Shown here in pieces: positions 50,475-62,322 of a stretch of 64,000 bases of DNA. Numbering within the stretch: the stretch's first letter is position 1; each line of letters opens with the position of its first letter. The position numbers and the translations under genes were made by a program. Origin of the DNA: Vicugna vicugna (taxonomy: Eukaryota); the NCBI GenBank assembly GCA_013265495.1, contig MU058198.1, positions 5,533,779-5,597,778 on the forward strand, given 5' to 3'. The notes beneath the pieces are model-generated. The model was not told the DNA's origin and searched no databases. It worked only from the letters and a program-made list of their open reading frames with translations.

Positions 50475-51530
50475 TGTATTGGTTAGGAGTGGTAAAAGTG
50501 CTGTAACAAATAGACCCAAATATATAATAACTCAAATACAATAGAAGTTTCTCCCTGACACTCGCAGTCTAGGGAAGGTATTGTAACCGAGCAGGACCCT
50601 CTGGGGACTTCCCAGGACAGGTCCCCTCCCCATGTCCTCTGCCTGCCTCTTGTGTGTAGAAAAACCAGTCTCCTAGGCTTCCCCAAGTTCCAAAGAGTAC
50701 ATTTAATCAGAGAAGTGAGAAAATGCAGAAAGATAGGAAAACAGTCAAGCAAGACAAAATGATAATAGTTCAGCCATCAAAGTCAAGGACCTTTAGTTCC
50801 TCCTCAAGGGCTATTGATAATATTCTGAGCCATGTCCTTTGAGCTGTTTTGCAAAGACCAAAACACCCACCGGATGGAAGAGTTAGCTGTATGCTGCCCG
50901 CAAGCATGGAGACCCCAAACCATCTGGAACCAGAAGGCTGATGATGTTGACTCCTAACTACCTCACCACCCACCAATCAGAAGAATGTCCACGAGCTGAT
51001 CACACACCCCACAACTCTTCTCCCTCACCCTGTCTTCAAAAACTCTTCCCTAAAAGCCATCGGGGAATTTGGGTCTTTTAAGCACTAGCTCCCCTGGCCT
51101 CTCTGCTTGGCGCCTGCAATAAACACTGCACTTTCCTTCACCACTACCCAGTGTCCGTAGGTTGGCTTTACTGAGTGCAGGCCAGCAGACCCAAGTCTGG
51201 TTCCATAACAAAGCAGTTTAAATGGGCAGGGGCTCAGCTCCACACTGACATTCAGGGACCCAGGCTGATGGTGACTCTTCCTCCTCAAATACTTCCAAGG
51301 TCTCTGATCACTGCCATCCCGCGGCACAGGAAGTGAGAAGGAGCACGGAGGCGTGCTCACTGAGGGTTCTGTGGGTCCAGACTGAGCGGCTCACGTGAAA
51401 CCTGCTTACATTCCCTTGAAGAAGAACTTAGTCACGGCCACACACAATTACCAGAAAGGTTTGGAATTGCAGTCCCTGGCTGGGCATCCATATGTCCATC
51501 TGTGATTCTGCTGCTTTGGAAGAAGAGGAG
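50475..51530 (-). mobile_element. MLT1 (J/L-like) LTR split by an ERV1 LTR
   Basis: 'tgctgtaacaaatagacccaaa...atagaagttt' continues after 51210 as 'cattcagggacccaggctgatgg...gaacttagtcacggccacac'. Confidence 0.7.
50582..51210 (+). mobile_element. Cetartiodactyl MER41-like ERV1 solo LTR
   Basis: Ends tgtaac...taaca; start 'tgtaaccgagcaggaccc...' resembles MER41_BT as recalled; CCAAT box; AATAAA 51118-51123. Confidence 0.75.
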
Positions 51531-51999
51531 AATTAGATTTTATTAGCAATTTACAGTTTATGCCGTCTTGGGGAGTGGGGAGTCAAAGCAGGAAGGGGGA
51601 GTAAAGAAGAGAAAGAGGAGGTTGATTTCAGCAGACAACCACAGCAACAAGTGTAAGGTCTACATCAAAGAGGTCCAGATACGTGGCATGTGGCCTCAGT
51701 GCTTTCCAGGCCATGGTGATGCTCTGAGTTCACAGGTGCCAATATCCTGGTTCCAGTGGAATGTCTGCTTTGGTGTGAGCTTAGCAAGGGCTTTGGTCAG
51801 AATGCAAAATAGAAAGACAGGCATTTCCCCAGGGAAGGAGTTTGGAGAAGAGACTCCCCCAAGCACATCCTGGATGGCAGTAGGACTGGCTGCAGGGGTA
51901 CGCTTCCCGGTAGGTCCCGCTCAGTGTCTGAACAGGGCTCGGCTTCCAGGTAACTCCAGTGATTCCAGCTGGGGTGGAAAGGAACCCCAGTCCAGCTGA

Positions 52000-53290
52000 T
52001 AGACAGATAAAAGTAAGTGGTCTTAAATGCCTTCATTTGCCCCTCTGATAAGGGGTAACAACAAAACAGGACATTAGATTTGATGTTTTAGAAATCACCA
52101 GATGCTACCCAGCTCTTTCTTCCCTGAATAAACTGTGCACAAAAGAGGCTTCCACGTCCCTCTCCCTCTGCATTATTTAACCCTTTGGGACGTACATGCC
52201 ACAAACCCCAGACTCTTGATCTGTGAGGACAGCTGGTGCCAGAACAGGTCAGGCAGCAGCACCTGCTGGCAACGCGTAGGCTGCAGACACACAGACCCTA
52301 CGCCCGATGAATATATTGTATATATGAATGAAGCTCATTCAATGAAGCTAATATGAATATATCAGAATGTATTAGCTGATAACACATGCGCCCCAGAATC
52401 AGTGAGGAAATCATTTCCTCCACACGATTGGCACAAAAGAAGGAAATCATCGGCGTCCCTCCAACACAGCCCAGCTACTGTCAACTCTGGCGGGCGAGAT
52501 GATTAATGCATGTGTGACCACACGTCCAGATTTCAATTCCTAGCATGATGCACGTGGACCATGTCCCCCCCGGTATGGATCCTCGACACTTAAACCTACT
52601 CAACGCTTTTTATTTGCATTGATCACGTTTCATGGTATGATTAAATTTGTACGGAAGAGAACCAATTAGTTTTGTTTTACACTTACTGAATACACTTTAT
52701 AGTCAGACGAATTAACTCTCCACAGTTAGGCTGATTCATCCGGCGGCAGGAGGCTTGATGGGCCGAGCCGGGTCTCATTGTGGTGGGCGGGGGCTGGGGG
52801 AGCCGGTGCCTCCGAGAAATGGGCTTAACGCGCTCATGCCGACGGCCCCGCTGATCACCCCGGTCCCGGTGGGATTTCTCTCTCAGAAGAGTAAATCCGA
52901 GGCTGGAGCTCAGGGTAAATTTCAGGAGCTGATCAAGGCTTTGTCTGAAGAGGAAACACTTTCTCCTACGGAATGGAAAGATCAATGGAGTAGAACTCAG
53001 TTCCGGCTCCGGCTCTTTTACTCTGCGGGCTGTTGAGACTGGACCAATCGTTTTAACTTCTTTGAGCCTCCGTAAACAAAGATGATAAGAAGGAGCTGGA
53101 GGAGGAGGAGGAGAGAGCATGGGCGGGGGAAGGAGGGGAGAGATCTTCTCCCTACATAAATAAATTTGCCGTGAGGCTCCAACGTGAGAGTACAAATGAA
53201 AATAATTTATAAACAGTAAAGCATCGTCTTCATGCCGGTTTTTCCCTTTCAATAAAAAACAGGAGCAGCACGGCCCTGTGTAATGCAAGA
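52000..53290. promoter_or_regulatory. Large CpG-containing candidate enhancer / orphan CpG island
   Basis: ~1.3 kb repeat-free; CpG-dense core 52740-53075; TGATTAATG 52500, CACGTG 52551, ATTTGCAT 52612, CAATTA 52663, GTAAACA 53072. Confidence 0.55.
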
Positions 53291-53520
53291 GGGATGTGGA
53301 ATCAAAAGATAAGTCTGACTCTCTGCTGCTTCCCAGCTGTGTGGCTTGGTGGATGCCAGTTAACCTCTCTCATCTCATGTCGTCTCATCCTAAAAGCGCA
53401 GATTACCACAGGATCTAATGAGATATTTCAGAGGGCAGCGTTTTCCTGACCGCCCCAATAGAATACCAGCTTCCTCATTCTCTATCCCTTTTCTCTGGTT
53501 TTATTTCTCTCCATAGCTCC

Positions 53521-53916
53521 TGTGCTAGTCTGCTTGGGCTGCAGAGCAAAGGCCCATAGACTGGGTGGCTTAAGCAACAGAAATTTGTTTTCTGACAGTT
53601 CTGGAGGCTGGAAGTTCAAGATCAAGGTGTCAGCAGATTTGGTTTCTCCTGAGGCCTCTCTCCTGGCCGCCTTACTGTGTCCTCACATGGCCTTTTCTCT
53701 GTGCACCTGTGCCCTGGTCTCTCCTCAAGGGCTCAAATGTCCTCTTCTTCCGAGGACACCAGTCAGATTGGATTAAGGCCCACCCCAGTGGCCTCATTTG
53801 GACTTCATCTCCTCTTTAAAGGCTCTATCTCTAAATGTAGTCTCATTTTGAGATACTGGGGGTTAGTGCTTCAACATATAAATTTGGGCGGGGGGGATCC
53901 AATTTAGTCGATAACA
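53521..53916 (-). mobile_element. MLT1A/B solo LTR inserted in L2
   Basis: 'agactgggtggcttaagcaacagaaattt...cagttctggaggctggaagttcaagatcaaggtgtcagcag'; 5-bp TSD gctcc/gcacc. Confidence 0.92.
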
Positions 53917-54619
53917 GCACCTGACATTATATTATACGTTTATCTGCAATCCTAAACTCCATGAGAGACCTTGTTTTCTTCACTACATATGCCTAACACT
54001 TAAAACAGTGCCTGGCACATAATAGGTGCTCAGTAAACGTTTGTCAAATGACTTAATGAGCACTGCTCAGAATAATGACAGTTCCAACATATCCTAGTTC
54101 CGGCATGAAGACAACCACCAAGAGGTGAGCTGCTGGAGATCATCTCTGAAGGCCCTTCTCATCATTGGTCCCATGATCAGCTTCTGTTGCACTTGCCTTG
54201 TGACCCCAGAATTCAAAGAAAACCCCGTGGCTTGCTTATTTAATACTTTATCCCCAAACTCAAGAAAACCTCGAGCTTCCGGGTTGGCAGGGAATTTACA
54301 CATCATCAGATTCAACTTAAAAACCAGTGAAGGGAACCCCTTTATAGCATTCCTTGCTAACCTTACCCCGTTATCAGCTCCAGGGACCGGAAGCCCTTTC
54401 CCTCCGGAAGCAGCCAGTCCTATGGTTAGAACGTGTTATTCTGTGTCCATGACAAAGTGTACACAATCAGAGTGAAAAGTGTAAACTGATATCTCTAAGT
54501 AGGCAAACAGACAGAAAACTGGTTTATCTCTACAGTAGTGGTGGTTTGCAGGAATTCAAAGGAATTCATTAGATCTATATGCAATTGAATAGGTGTCTCA
54601 GAAAAAAAAAACAGAATAC

Positions 54620-54950
54620 TGATGCATGCAATGATACAATACACACATATATATTCATTTATGTATTTCATATATGTAAATAGTCATCTAAAAATAATGT
54701 TATGCTGTGTCAAGTACAAAAACATGCATGGGAAGGATACATCCCAACCTCAGAGCAGCGGGGCCTCTGGAGGGAGGGAGGGGTGAGGGAGGGGACTCTA
54801 ATTCCATCTGTGACATTCGTTTCTTTAAAAAAGAAGCCTGAAGCAAGTATGTCAAAATGGCAACATCTGATGCATCTTGGTGATAGGTATATAATATATA
54901 ATTTTTTAACTTCTCTGATATTTGAAACAATCTCTTTTTTTAATGTATTT
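54620..54950 (+). mobile_element. L1ME/MC 3' fragment
   Basis: 'catgggaaggatacatcccaacctcagagcagcgg...gaagcaagtatgtcaaaatg'. Confidence 0.65.
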
Positions 54951-55304
54951 TCATGAAAAGGGTAAAGTGTCATCTTTAACTGAACTGATATGAGGCCTCC
55001 ATATCATTCCAGTGACTGGTCCTAGTTCTGAGCTCTCTGGGGTCACCTGACATAAATTTTCTTCCTCTTCTAGGCCACATTCCTGGTCTTCCTAGGCAGG
55101 GGAAATATGCCAAGTGACTTCACCAGTAGACTTGAGGCCAACACTTTGGCTGAACTGGCATCTGGACACACAGACTCCCTTTCCCCACTACTTACTGAGT
55201 CCCTCTGTAGAGGGACCTGCAGGTACACGCAGAGCACCTGCTATGCACACACGGATTCATCTGTATATATCCATACATGTAAAGATGCTGTTTGAATTCT
55301 GACA

Positions 55305-55690
55305 TTCTTCATTTCCAAGCTCCTTGTCTAGTGAGAGAGACAGACAGCCAGCCAGATCGCTGCAGCACAACGTGCTAACCGGAGAGCTCGCACGGAGGGC
55401 TTTAGGTTGGAGGAGTCTGTGGCTAACCCGCCTTATGAGAAAGGGGGTGGAAGGCTGAAGCAGCTTAGCTAGAAAGAGTCAGCCCTAAGTGAGCCCTGAA
55501 GGATGACGAGGGCACTTCCTGGAGGAGAGGGCAGGGAACGCCTCCCACGTAGAGGCACAGAGGCCGGAAAAGGACTGGTTCATTTGACAAACAGAAGGAT
55601 GTTTGCAATGGCTGTAGCAGAGGGCGTGGAATGGGAAAACAGCAGGGGGATGCCTGAAGTTATTTTCAAAAGCAGTAATCACTCAGTGGG
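55305..55690 (-). mobile_element. L2 fragment
   Basis: 'aagctccttgtctagtgagagagacagac...gagccctgaaggatga...gcacagaggc'. Confidence 0.6.
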
Positions 55691-56269
55691 CTAACCCACT
55701 CCATACCACTCAGGTGGATGTCTTTATGTGTGGCCATGGTTACCTGTGTTCCACATGCTGTCTTTCGTAAGATTTGTTAATAGAAAATGCTGTAAATAGG
55801 TGGGCGTAAAGGCAGCTGGGGGCTGGGTGTACGAGTGGGCTGACCTCTACAAACCCAATGTTCCTTAACCTCAATGAAATCCCAACTCACCTGCCTGTGT
55901 CATTGAAATTGCCTATCTTCAATTCTTTATGCAATAAGTAATAGCCAAGTTCTCTGTTGCATGGAAATTGTATTTCAGTGTGCGCTGTTTGTTTGTTTTT
56001 TAAAAGGCTTTGCAGGGTTCAATGAAGAGACAAATAACAGATAAAACAGAAGGCGCAGGAAGGGCCAGCGAGTAAAAGACTTGAGAACTTTATCCAGTAG
56101 GCATCGATGAGGGTTCTTCAGGCAGAGGAGTGAGAGAGTGTGGTCAGCCTTTCTGACCTGGATTACTGTTTTGGAAGCCACATGGAATGAGATCTGGGCG
56201 GGGGAAGACCATGAAATGGGCTACTGAAGAAAAAGTGGATTACTGCCGGACCTCGGGAAGGGCAAGTGG

Positions 56270-56630
56270 ATTATTTACACTAAGGGTGATGGCGCTACCA
56301 CCCCTGTAGACATCTGTGGCTTACTTGGCACAACGAACATTTATGCTCAGCCCAGGGCAGTTGTTTATGGCTGTTTGTCAGTCCCCCCTGAGTGCCCAGG
56401 AACTCAGACTCCTTCCCTGATGCAGCTCTGCCGCCTCCAATTCTGCCCTCCCTGGTCAGTGTGCTCATCTGCATCAAAGGGGAGAGAGACTGGACGGGCA
56501 GAAAGGAGAGGGTGGGCTGGACCGGTTCTGGAAGTGGCTCACACCCCTCTGCTCACATCTCATTGGACAGAACTCAGTCGCATGGCCACCCACAAGGGAG
56601 GCAGAGAAATGCCAAAGAGGCATTGCCTGC
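56270..56630 (-). mobile_element. MLT1-type LTR fragment
   Basis: 'tctggaagtggctcacacccctctgctcacatctcattggacagaactcagtcgcatggccac'. Confidence 0.7.
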
Positions 56631-56649
56631 CTGTTAGTAATAATTAGCA

Positions 56650-56875
56650 TTGATTATAATTAGCATTTATGAGCACCTACTATGTTCCAGGCATGAGTCT
56701 AAGCACTGACATGCAGTTATCTCATTTATTTTCCACGGTAACTCCACAAAGCAGGCCCTATGATAAATGCCACTCTAGAGGTGGGAGAAATGATATATTA
56801 ACAGTAACTTACCAATATGCCCAAGGTCACAAGTGTGGCGTCTGGCATTCAAATCCAGCGAGTCTGACTTCATAA
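56650..56875 (-). mobile_element. MIR
   Basis: 'tagcatttatgagcacctactatgttccaggca...cccaaggtcaca...attcaaatccag'. Confidence 0.8.
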
Positions 56876-59019
56876 CAACTCTGCCCTGTGACCTTATCCA
56901 GGAAAACGACTGGAAGTAGCACGTGTTTTCTTTCCTTGCAGTAATTTCTACCTGTCAGCTTTGATACTTGCCCCCCCAGACGTGGTTCCTGTTCGTTGTT
57001 CTTTCACATTTTTCGTGGTGGGCTCACAGCACGTCTCACCTCATCCACACCACAACCCTAAGGGCCGGTGGTCATCACTCTCCTTCCCTTGTTCACGGTG
57101 AAAGTAAAGCCCAGAGACAGAGAGACGCACCCCAGTGACCCGGCAAATTAGCGACACACTTTGGATGTGGGTCTCTGGCTTCCTACATCGGTGGACTTCC
57201 TGCCATAACAGTGTTTCCAAAAATGTGCTGCTCAATTTTTTTTTAATAATAATAATTAATTAATTCCGACTAATAAAAAGAAAATCTTTAATGTATTGCC
57301 CATCCCTCTGGTAGAGCATGAGGTGACTTAAGGGGTGTAACATGATGATGACATCATTTTAAGAGAAAATGTCCATCCTCCTTTCCCAGAAATCCAAGCT
57401 GTGGTCCAGGAACTGACCTCCAAAGAAAATCAGCTGCGTGGAGCTGAAGTAAGGCGTTCCTTCTGTGCTGCGCCAAGGACTTTTTCAGGCTCTGGGGGAA
57501 TAATGCTTTGATATGTTAATCACTGTGCACTTCCCCCCCACCCCATTCCTAGAAATGCCTGCTGCCCTGGGAGGTTTTCTCCATTCACACAGCATCAAGG
57601 GTGGCCAGCATCCTGCCTCAGAGGAGGGATATCAGGCTCTGACAGCTCTGAGCACAAAGACAGAAGAGTCCAAAGGCCCGAGATGAATGTATAGTAAGGC
57701 GAGCATCTCAAAAGCCCCCAAAGACACACTCCCAGACCAGACAAGCATTTGCCAGGCTCGTGGGAGGGAGGGGAATTAGAGGGTAAGAGGGTTTGACTTT
57801 GGTGAGTGAATGAGAAGAGGCTCTCCCCAGCAAGGCCACATTCAGAGTAACGGTTGGGAGAATTGCAGAGCCCCAAGACACCTGTGGGGACCCCAAAGGA
57901 GAGAGGAACAGGGCTCTCGGTTCCAAGAGCAAAGTCCCAAAGTAAGGCAGGCCCCCTAGCGCTCCCTGCAGCAACCCAGAGTGAGAGCAGAAAGATACCC
58001 CGCAGGCAGCCTGTGAAGGAGGAGCCGTGACCTTGCCCAGAAGGAGGACCACGGCAAGGGCTCACGCACCCCAGACAGAGAGAAGGGCGGCATGGAAACG
58101 TGTGAACTTGAAGACTTGAGTCCAGGAGTGAAAAAAGACCCAGCCATGACCTGTAGGGACCGAAGACCAGGCCAGAGGGGACCACACATAGCAAGGGAAC
58201 GCGACAGAGCCAGATGGCGGCGACAAGTCCAGACGCTCCCTCCTCCCCCTCCCCCTGACCCCTGCTGAGGTCCGGGCATGTCCAGACTTAGGCAAGACCC
58301 TGGGAGAAGGGTCCTGCCATCTGAGTCAAATTCAGCCACATCATTTTTTAGATTCTATTTCTTATATTCCTGAGATGATGGGATGAGATTTGTACCCACC
58401 ACGTAAGCAGGCTCTCCCATTTTGCTCCCTGAACCCCCAGGGCTCAGCTTCCACCTCCCCTCAAGTGATGCCAGGCTGAACAGGGAGGGGATTTCTGGGG
58501 AAGCTGACGCTGCCGCCCGGCTCTCACTGCCTCCAGCCCCGGGGTTATTTGTCTGCTCGTGACAAGAATATATGGTTCTGTCGGAGTAGGTTGTGGAGGG
58601 AGAGTGCCCTGGAGGGTCCTGGCAGAAGGGCCTGATGCAGAAGAGATGCCACCAGCCCCCTGAGCCTCTGTGACCGAGATGAGGGGCAGAATGCCAGTCC
58701 TGAGTGGTCACTTCTGTCCCTGGCTAGGTCCCTGGAATCCCTTCTCTGCTTCCATAGATTCAGCCCTCACCTTCACCTGGGGGATCTGCTGTGCCCCCCG
58801 TCTCAGCTTGGCTCCAAGTGGGGCTTATATTCCCCCCTTCTCTCCTCCTGCTGCCTCTAAGAACAAGCTCACTGGCCCTTTCTCTAATTTCAGGGCTCTC
58901 CCTGTGACCCTTGGGGACAGACAGACAGGAAGCACTAAAGTCACGGCGGAGCAAAGGCAGACCCGGTTACTATAAGCATCGCACTGATGATTAACGGGAG
59001 GGGTGCTGGAGGGGTGCCC

Positions 59020-59225
59020 GGCCACCGTGCTAAGTAAGGGCTTTACCGCTGAGGTTTTCTTAAACCTTCACTACAACCCTGAGAGGTAGACACTCTTACT
59101 GGCCACAATTTATACATAAAGAGACTGAGGGTCTGAGAGGCAGGATCACATGGCTCATATGTGGTGAAAAGGATATGACTGGGCCCTGGGTTTTTCTGAC
59201 TCCAAAGGCCATACTTTAACCAGTA
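59020..59225 (-). mobile_element. MIR
   Basis: 'cttcactacaaccctgagaggtag...gactgagggtctgagagg...tctgactccaaag'. Confidence 0.75.
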
Positions 59226-59889
59226 CATGCCATAGAAAGGCTGCAATCGTGGGTACCTAGGGTTCATCTCAGAAATGAGTCACCTGGCTGTGACAGCAAA
59301 ATAATTCTGTATCCTACTGGTAGAAACGCTGCCTCTTCCCTGAACCGGCCAGGTGATGGGATGGAATAAAGCTGGCCCTGAAAACCATAGGAATCTGTGC
59401 ATATAGCTAAAAGGATCTGGGAACAATCCAGTCTGACAAGTCGTTCTTCTCTACCCGTGTGTTCCAGCTGCCAAGACGTGTAACAGAACACCAGGAGCAC
59501 CACTATCCATCAGGCCATCTCATCTAGGCAGCTGGGAGACTGCAGGTGCCAGCCTGCACTGGGGGTTAATGCAGCTGCATCACCACCTGGCTTTCAACTG
59601 CATAAAGAATTCCAGAATGGAATTTGCTCCACATCTTCCTAAATACTTTGCATGAAAGAGACTTAAGTCATAGCTGGAGAGTTAGGTGCTGAACAGATTA
59701 TCCAGGAGGCATTTTCTAGAGATAGAACTTGAAGATGTCAGATCGCTGTTCTATAGGGAACAGCTGGACGGGGAGTGATGTTAACCTAGAAGAAAATAAA
59801 CCAGGTTGTAAAATTGTGGCGGCATCCCCTCCACCATTTTAATGTTGATGATACGACTGAAACCTTGGGACACCAAGGATTTTAATTCT

Positions 59890-60330
59890 CTTGATTGTAA
59901 GTTGTGGAAACCCAACTTGAACAGGCCAAAATAAAACAAAGGAAAGAAAGAAGCAAGGGAGAAGGTAGCGGTGGGGGGCACCTACTAGTTTATGTAACTG
60001 GAAGGTCCAATCAGGTTTCAGGTGCGGCTAGATCCAGGATCCTTAACAATGTCATCAGAACCCTATCTTCCAGTCTCTTGCATCTTTTTCTCTTGTGTTA
60101 TCTTCCCTCCCTAGCAGACTCTACCGTCAGTATGGCCAGGTAGCTAACAAAAGATCCAGATTCACAGCTATCAGCTCAGCAACTATAAAGGAAAGAGTAG
60201 TTCTCTTTCCCAACAGCTCCTGCAAAATTCCAGGGCCAACTCACTGGTACAGGTTGGAGTGCTGAGACTTGGCTTTGGGTCTCAGGCTCAGTTCTGGAAC
60301 CAGAGCGAAGTTTGCTGACTGAATAACAGA
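59890..60330 (-). mobile_element. MLT1 (J/K-like) LTR
   Basis: 'ttgattgtaagttgtggaaaccca...tttatgtaactggaaggtcc...ggctagatccaggatccttaacaatgtcatcag'. Confidence 0.7.
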
Positions 60331-61749
60331 AAATGAGTGAGAAAACTGGGATTCTTCTGGTGAAGAAAGAACAGATGATCCACTGGGTCATCCACTCCAC
60401 TGAGGAAGGCAAAGTGGAGGGCCAGAAGTGACTGGGTAGCTCCCTAAGCCAGGAGTCATGCGGTGTGCTAACCCGCAGAGTGCCACAGCATCCCCATGAA
60501 CTAGCTCTCATCTTCCCAATATTTTTGTGGTTAAGGAAACTGGGACTCCAAGAGGGAGAATGGTTCGATGCATGCAACATGGGCTCAGGTTCAAATTCAT
60601 ACCTGGCTGATTCTTATAAGAGCTCCATCTTTCATGCTGTGTCTTGGCCAGAAAGACAACTGGGAAGTAAAATTAATATCTGTCTCAGCTCCAGAATAAA
60701 GACTGTTTGGTTGGGTTCCTGTGCAGTGATTTTACTGTTTTCTTGTGAGCTTTAGTTTCCACTATGAAGTGACATTTTAGGTATAAAATGACAACACTGT
60801 CCTAAATTAGTAGTGTTAACAGGTGGCAGAGGGATCCAGGGGTGACAGTTTTCAGAAAACCTATAGGATTGGTCCCTTTCGGCCAGCATGACCAGCCCCA
60901 AGTGTGACGTGCAGCTTCCCCTGGGTCCAATGGCCATGATGCCATCACAATGACAATAACCCCATGTGACCTCAGTGCTTTGGGTACATGATCTCATTTC
61001 ATCTTTTCCTTTTTTCTAGTTATGTAACACTTCAAACATACAGAAAATAATGTGTCAGACACATATGTACTCTAAGATTAAACAGATGTTAACATTTCAC
61101 CATATTGCTTTAAAATTCTTTTTAAGGAAGCAAAGTGTTACAGATACTGGTAAACTTCTCCTCAATACCCTTTATTCTCTTCTCTTTTTCTATCCAATCC
61201 TAGAGGTAACCTTAATAATGAATTGGTGTGAATGAGCCACAAATATGTTCATGTTTGTTTAATTTTTGTGTATGTGCATAAACTAAATTATATACCTATA
61301 TGTGTGTAATATACATATATGTGTATATATATATTAAAATTTTTGTGTTTTAAAATTTTACATCTAGTACCCTTTTAAAACTTGCTCTTCCTTCAGAAAT
61401 ATTTTTCTTAATTTATCTATATTTATACATGTGGATCTCATTCATTCATTTAAACTGTCATATATCCTGCTGTGAATAAGCCACAATTTATTTACCATTT
61501 CCCAACAGACATTCAGTTGAAAGTCATGTGGGGTCCTCCTCTTGGCATTAAATTTCAATAATTCTGACTATTTCCCTTTGCCCCTTAATCCCAGAGTTAG
61601 TAGGTATTTCCTGCAGTTGCTGTCCTTGCAGTATTTTTCTGTCCTTTATAGCCTTTTGTTTATGTAACCAACCATTTTACACCCAGTTTACAGTTCTTTT
61701 TGTTGTTGTTATTGCAGGGGAGGTAATTAGGTTTCTTTCTTTCTTTCTT

Positions 61750-62322
61750 TTTTTTAACATTTTTTTATTGAGTTATAATCATTTTACAATGTTGTGTCAA
61801 ATTCCAGTGTACAGCACAACTTTTCAGTTATACATGAACATACACATATTCATTGTCACATTTTTTTTCGCTGTGAGCTACCACAAGATCTTGTATATAT
61901 TTCCCTGTGCTATACAGGATAATCTTGTTTATCTACTCTACATTTTGAAATCCCTGTCTGTCCCTTCCCACCCCCCGCCACCTTGGCAACCACAAGTTTG
62001 TATTCTATGTATATGAGTCTGTTTCTGTTTTGTATTTATGTTCTTTTTTTTTTTTTNNNNNNNNNNNNNNNNNNNNNNNNNNNNNNNNNNNNNNNNNNNN
62101 NNNNNNNNNNNNNNNNNNNNNNNNNNNNNNNNNNNNNNNNNNNNNNNNNNNNNNNNNNNNNNNNNNNNNNNNNNNNNNNNNNNCTTCAAAAAGTGCACGC
62201 CAATGTTCGTAGCAGCACTATTTACAATAGCCAAGACATGGAAACAGCCTAAATGACCATCAACAGATGACTGGATAAAGAACATGTGGTATATTTATAC
62301 AATGGAATACTATTCAGCCATA
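61750..62322 (-). mobile_element. Young camelid-type L1 with apparent 5' inversion; contains an assembly gap
   Basis: 61750-62056 is antisense 3' end, highly similar to 8850-9140; 62184-62322 is sense ORF2 end (KKCTPMFVAALFTIAKTWKQPK); TSD ttctt(t/c)ctttctt at 61737-61749 and 62323-62335. Confidence 0.85.
62057..62183. other. Assembly gap (127 N)
   Basis: N run. Confidence 1.

Noticed and set aside
52683..53288. 201-aa minus-strand ORF
   Set aside because: No recognisable domain; low-complexity Pro/Arg content explained by GC richness; no splice context
57595..58194. 199-aa minus-strand ORF and overlapping ORFs
   Set aside because: Leu/Ser/Gly/Cys-rich composition follows from strand skew; no protein family recognised
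59684..59692. REST/NRSF site
   Set aside because: Only the left half-site TTCAGCACC is present; no GGACAG half
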